From positions 32,001-96,000 of the forward strand of contig OZ244999.1 in the NCBI GenBank assembly GCA_965223265.1: a stretch of DNA of 64,000 nucleotides, in the 5' to 3' direction. Below are positions 63,065 to 64,000 of the stretch, one piece after another (the stretch's first letter is position 1; every line of letters begins with the position of its first letter). This stretch comes from Planctomycetota bacterium. Lineage in GTDB: Bacteria; Planctomycetota; UBA8108; SXIK01. A program made the position numbers and the translations under genes. The notes under the pieces are model-generated. The model worked only from the letters and a program-made list of their open reading frames with translations. It searched no databases and had not been told where the DNA came from.

Positions 63065-64000
63065 ATGATCGATCGAAGAAGTTTCCTTTGGCAGAGCGGT
63101 GGCGGATTGGGTGGCATCGCACTCTCGTCGATGCTCGGCGCGACGAAGCTCGAAGCGGGTGCAGCCAAGCACGAGAAGCCAGCGCACATACAGCACCACC
63201 CGGCCAAAGCGAAGCGTGTGGTGCAGCTCTTCATGTCGGGTGCCGCGAGTCACGTTGATCTGTTCGACTACAAGCCGCGTCTGATCCGCGACCATGGCAA
63301 GAAATGGGACCCTGGCGAGAAGGTTGAGCTCTTCCAGAATGGACTCGGCCACACGTTCGCGTCGCCGTGGCAGTGGCAGCGCTACGGCAAGTGTGGCAAG
63401 CACCTCACGGAGATCGCGTCGCCGCTCGGCGACTGCGTCGACGATATCGCGTTCGTCCACAACGTCGTCGGCAAGACGGGTGTTCACAGCCAGGCGACTT
63501 ATCTTCATGCCACTGGCTTTCAGCGCCCTGGGTTTCCGGGTGTCGGCTGCTGGGTGAGCTACGCGCTTGGTCATATGAACGCGGATCTACCGACGTTCGT
63601 CGTCCTCCCGGATCACCGTGGTTTTGCTTCCAATGGCCCGAAGAACTGGGGGCCGGCCTTCTTACCAGCGCAGCATCAAGGCACGATTCTGCGCCCGGGC
63701 ACTGAGCGACCGATTCCGGATCTTTTTCCGACTCCAGGCGGGTTCGTTAGCCGCGAGAGTGACCGTGAGGCGTTCTCGATTTTGAAGCGGCTTAATCGAA
63801 GGCACCAGGCGCAGCGCAGTGGCGATTCACGGCTGTCGGCGCGGATCCAGTCATACGAACTTGCGGCCCGCCTCCAGCTGAGCGCCACGGAGGCACTTGA
63901 TATCTCGCAGGAGCCGGCGTACGTGTTGGCAAAGTATGGCCTTGATCACGGCCGCGTGCATTTCGGCGATCGGATCAATCCTGTCGAAGAGACCGATTAC
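63065..64000 (+). CDS. DUF1501 domain protein with Tat signal, 3' end runs off the window
   Basis: Manual translation: [24 protein letters not shown]...[24 protein letters not shown]; typical partner of DUF1553 genes. Confidence 0.9.
   Translation, partial: MIDRRSFLWQSGGGLGGIALSSMLGATKLEAGAAKHEKPAHIQHHPAKAKRVVQLFMSGAASHVDLFDYKPRLIRDHGKKWDPGEKVELFQNGLGHTFASPWQWQRYGKCGKHLTEIASPLGDCVDDIAFVHNVVGKTGVHSQATYLHATGFQRPGFPGVGCWVSYALGHMNADLPTFVVLPDHRGFASNGPKNWGPAFLPAQHQGTILRPGTERPIPDLFPTPGGFVSRESDREAFSILKRLNRRHQAQRSGDSRLSARIQSYELAARLQLSATEALDISQEPAYVLAKYGLDHGRVHFGDRINPVEETDY

Overview
GC-rich bacterial chromosomal segment, most likely from a Planctomycetota genome (inference from the DUF1549/DUF1553 cytochrome and DUF1501 pair, the TPR and CRTAC1/ASPIC-UnbV pair, H4MPT-linked C1 genes fae/mtd, and a C-terminal dockerin-like domain on a giant secreted protein). 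It holds about 43 densely packed CDSs. I saw no rRNA, tRNA, CRISPR array, transposase, integrase or phage genes. All annotation is by eye from motifs, with no database searches, and several start codons were moved downstream of the ORF-track starts using RBS, overlap and family N-terminus cues. Most notable: (1) a stand-alone B12-dependent diol/glycerol dehydratase with fused large+medium subunits, no encapsulation peptides, no adjacent reactivase or microcompartment genes, and a natural Ala at the position equivalent to Gln336; (2) a six-gene RDD-SpoIIM / DUF4129 / DUF4350 / MoxR / DUF58 envelope module; (3) a sodium:solute symporter fused to an exported HEAT-repeat domain; (4) a His-less pseudo-histidine kinase next to an orphan EF-Ts with a non-canonical TDFV motif; (5) a complete-looking sigma54/IHF/enhancer promoter for an Hsp20 pair; (6) a C1 module with a 3x16-bp tandem repeat and a structured ~500-bp spacer; (7) a compound hexamer microsatellite with G-quadruplex potential upstream of dinB.
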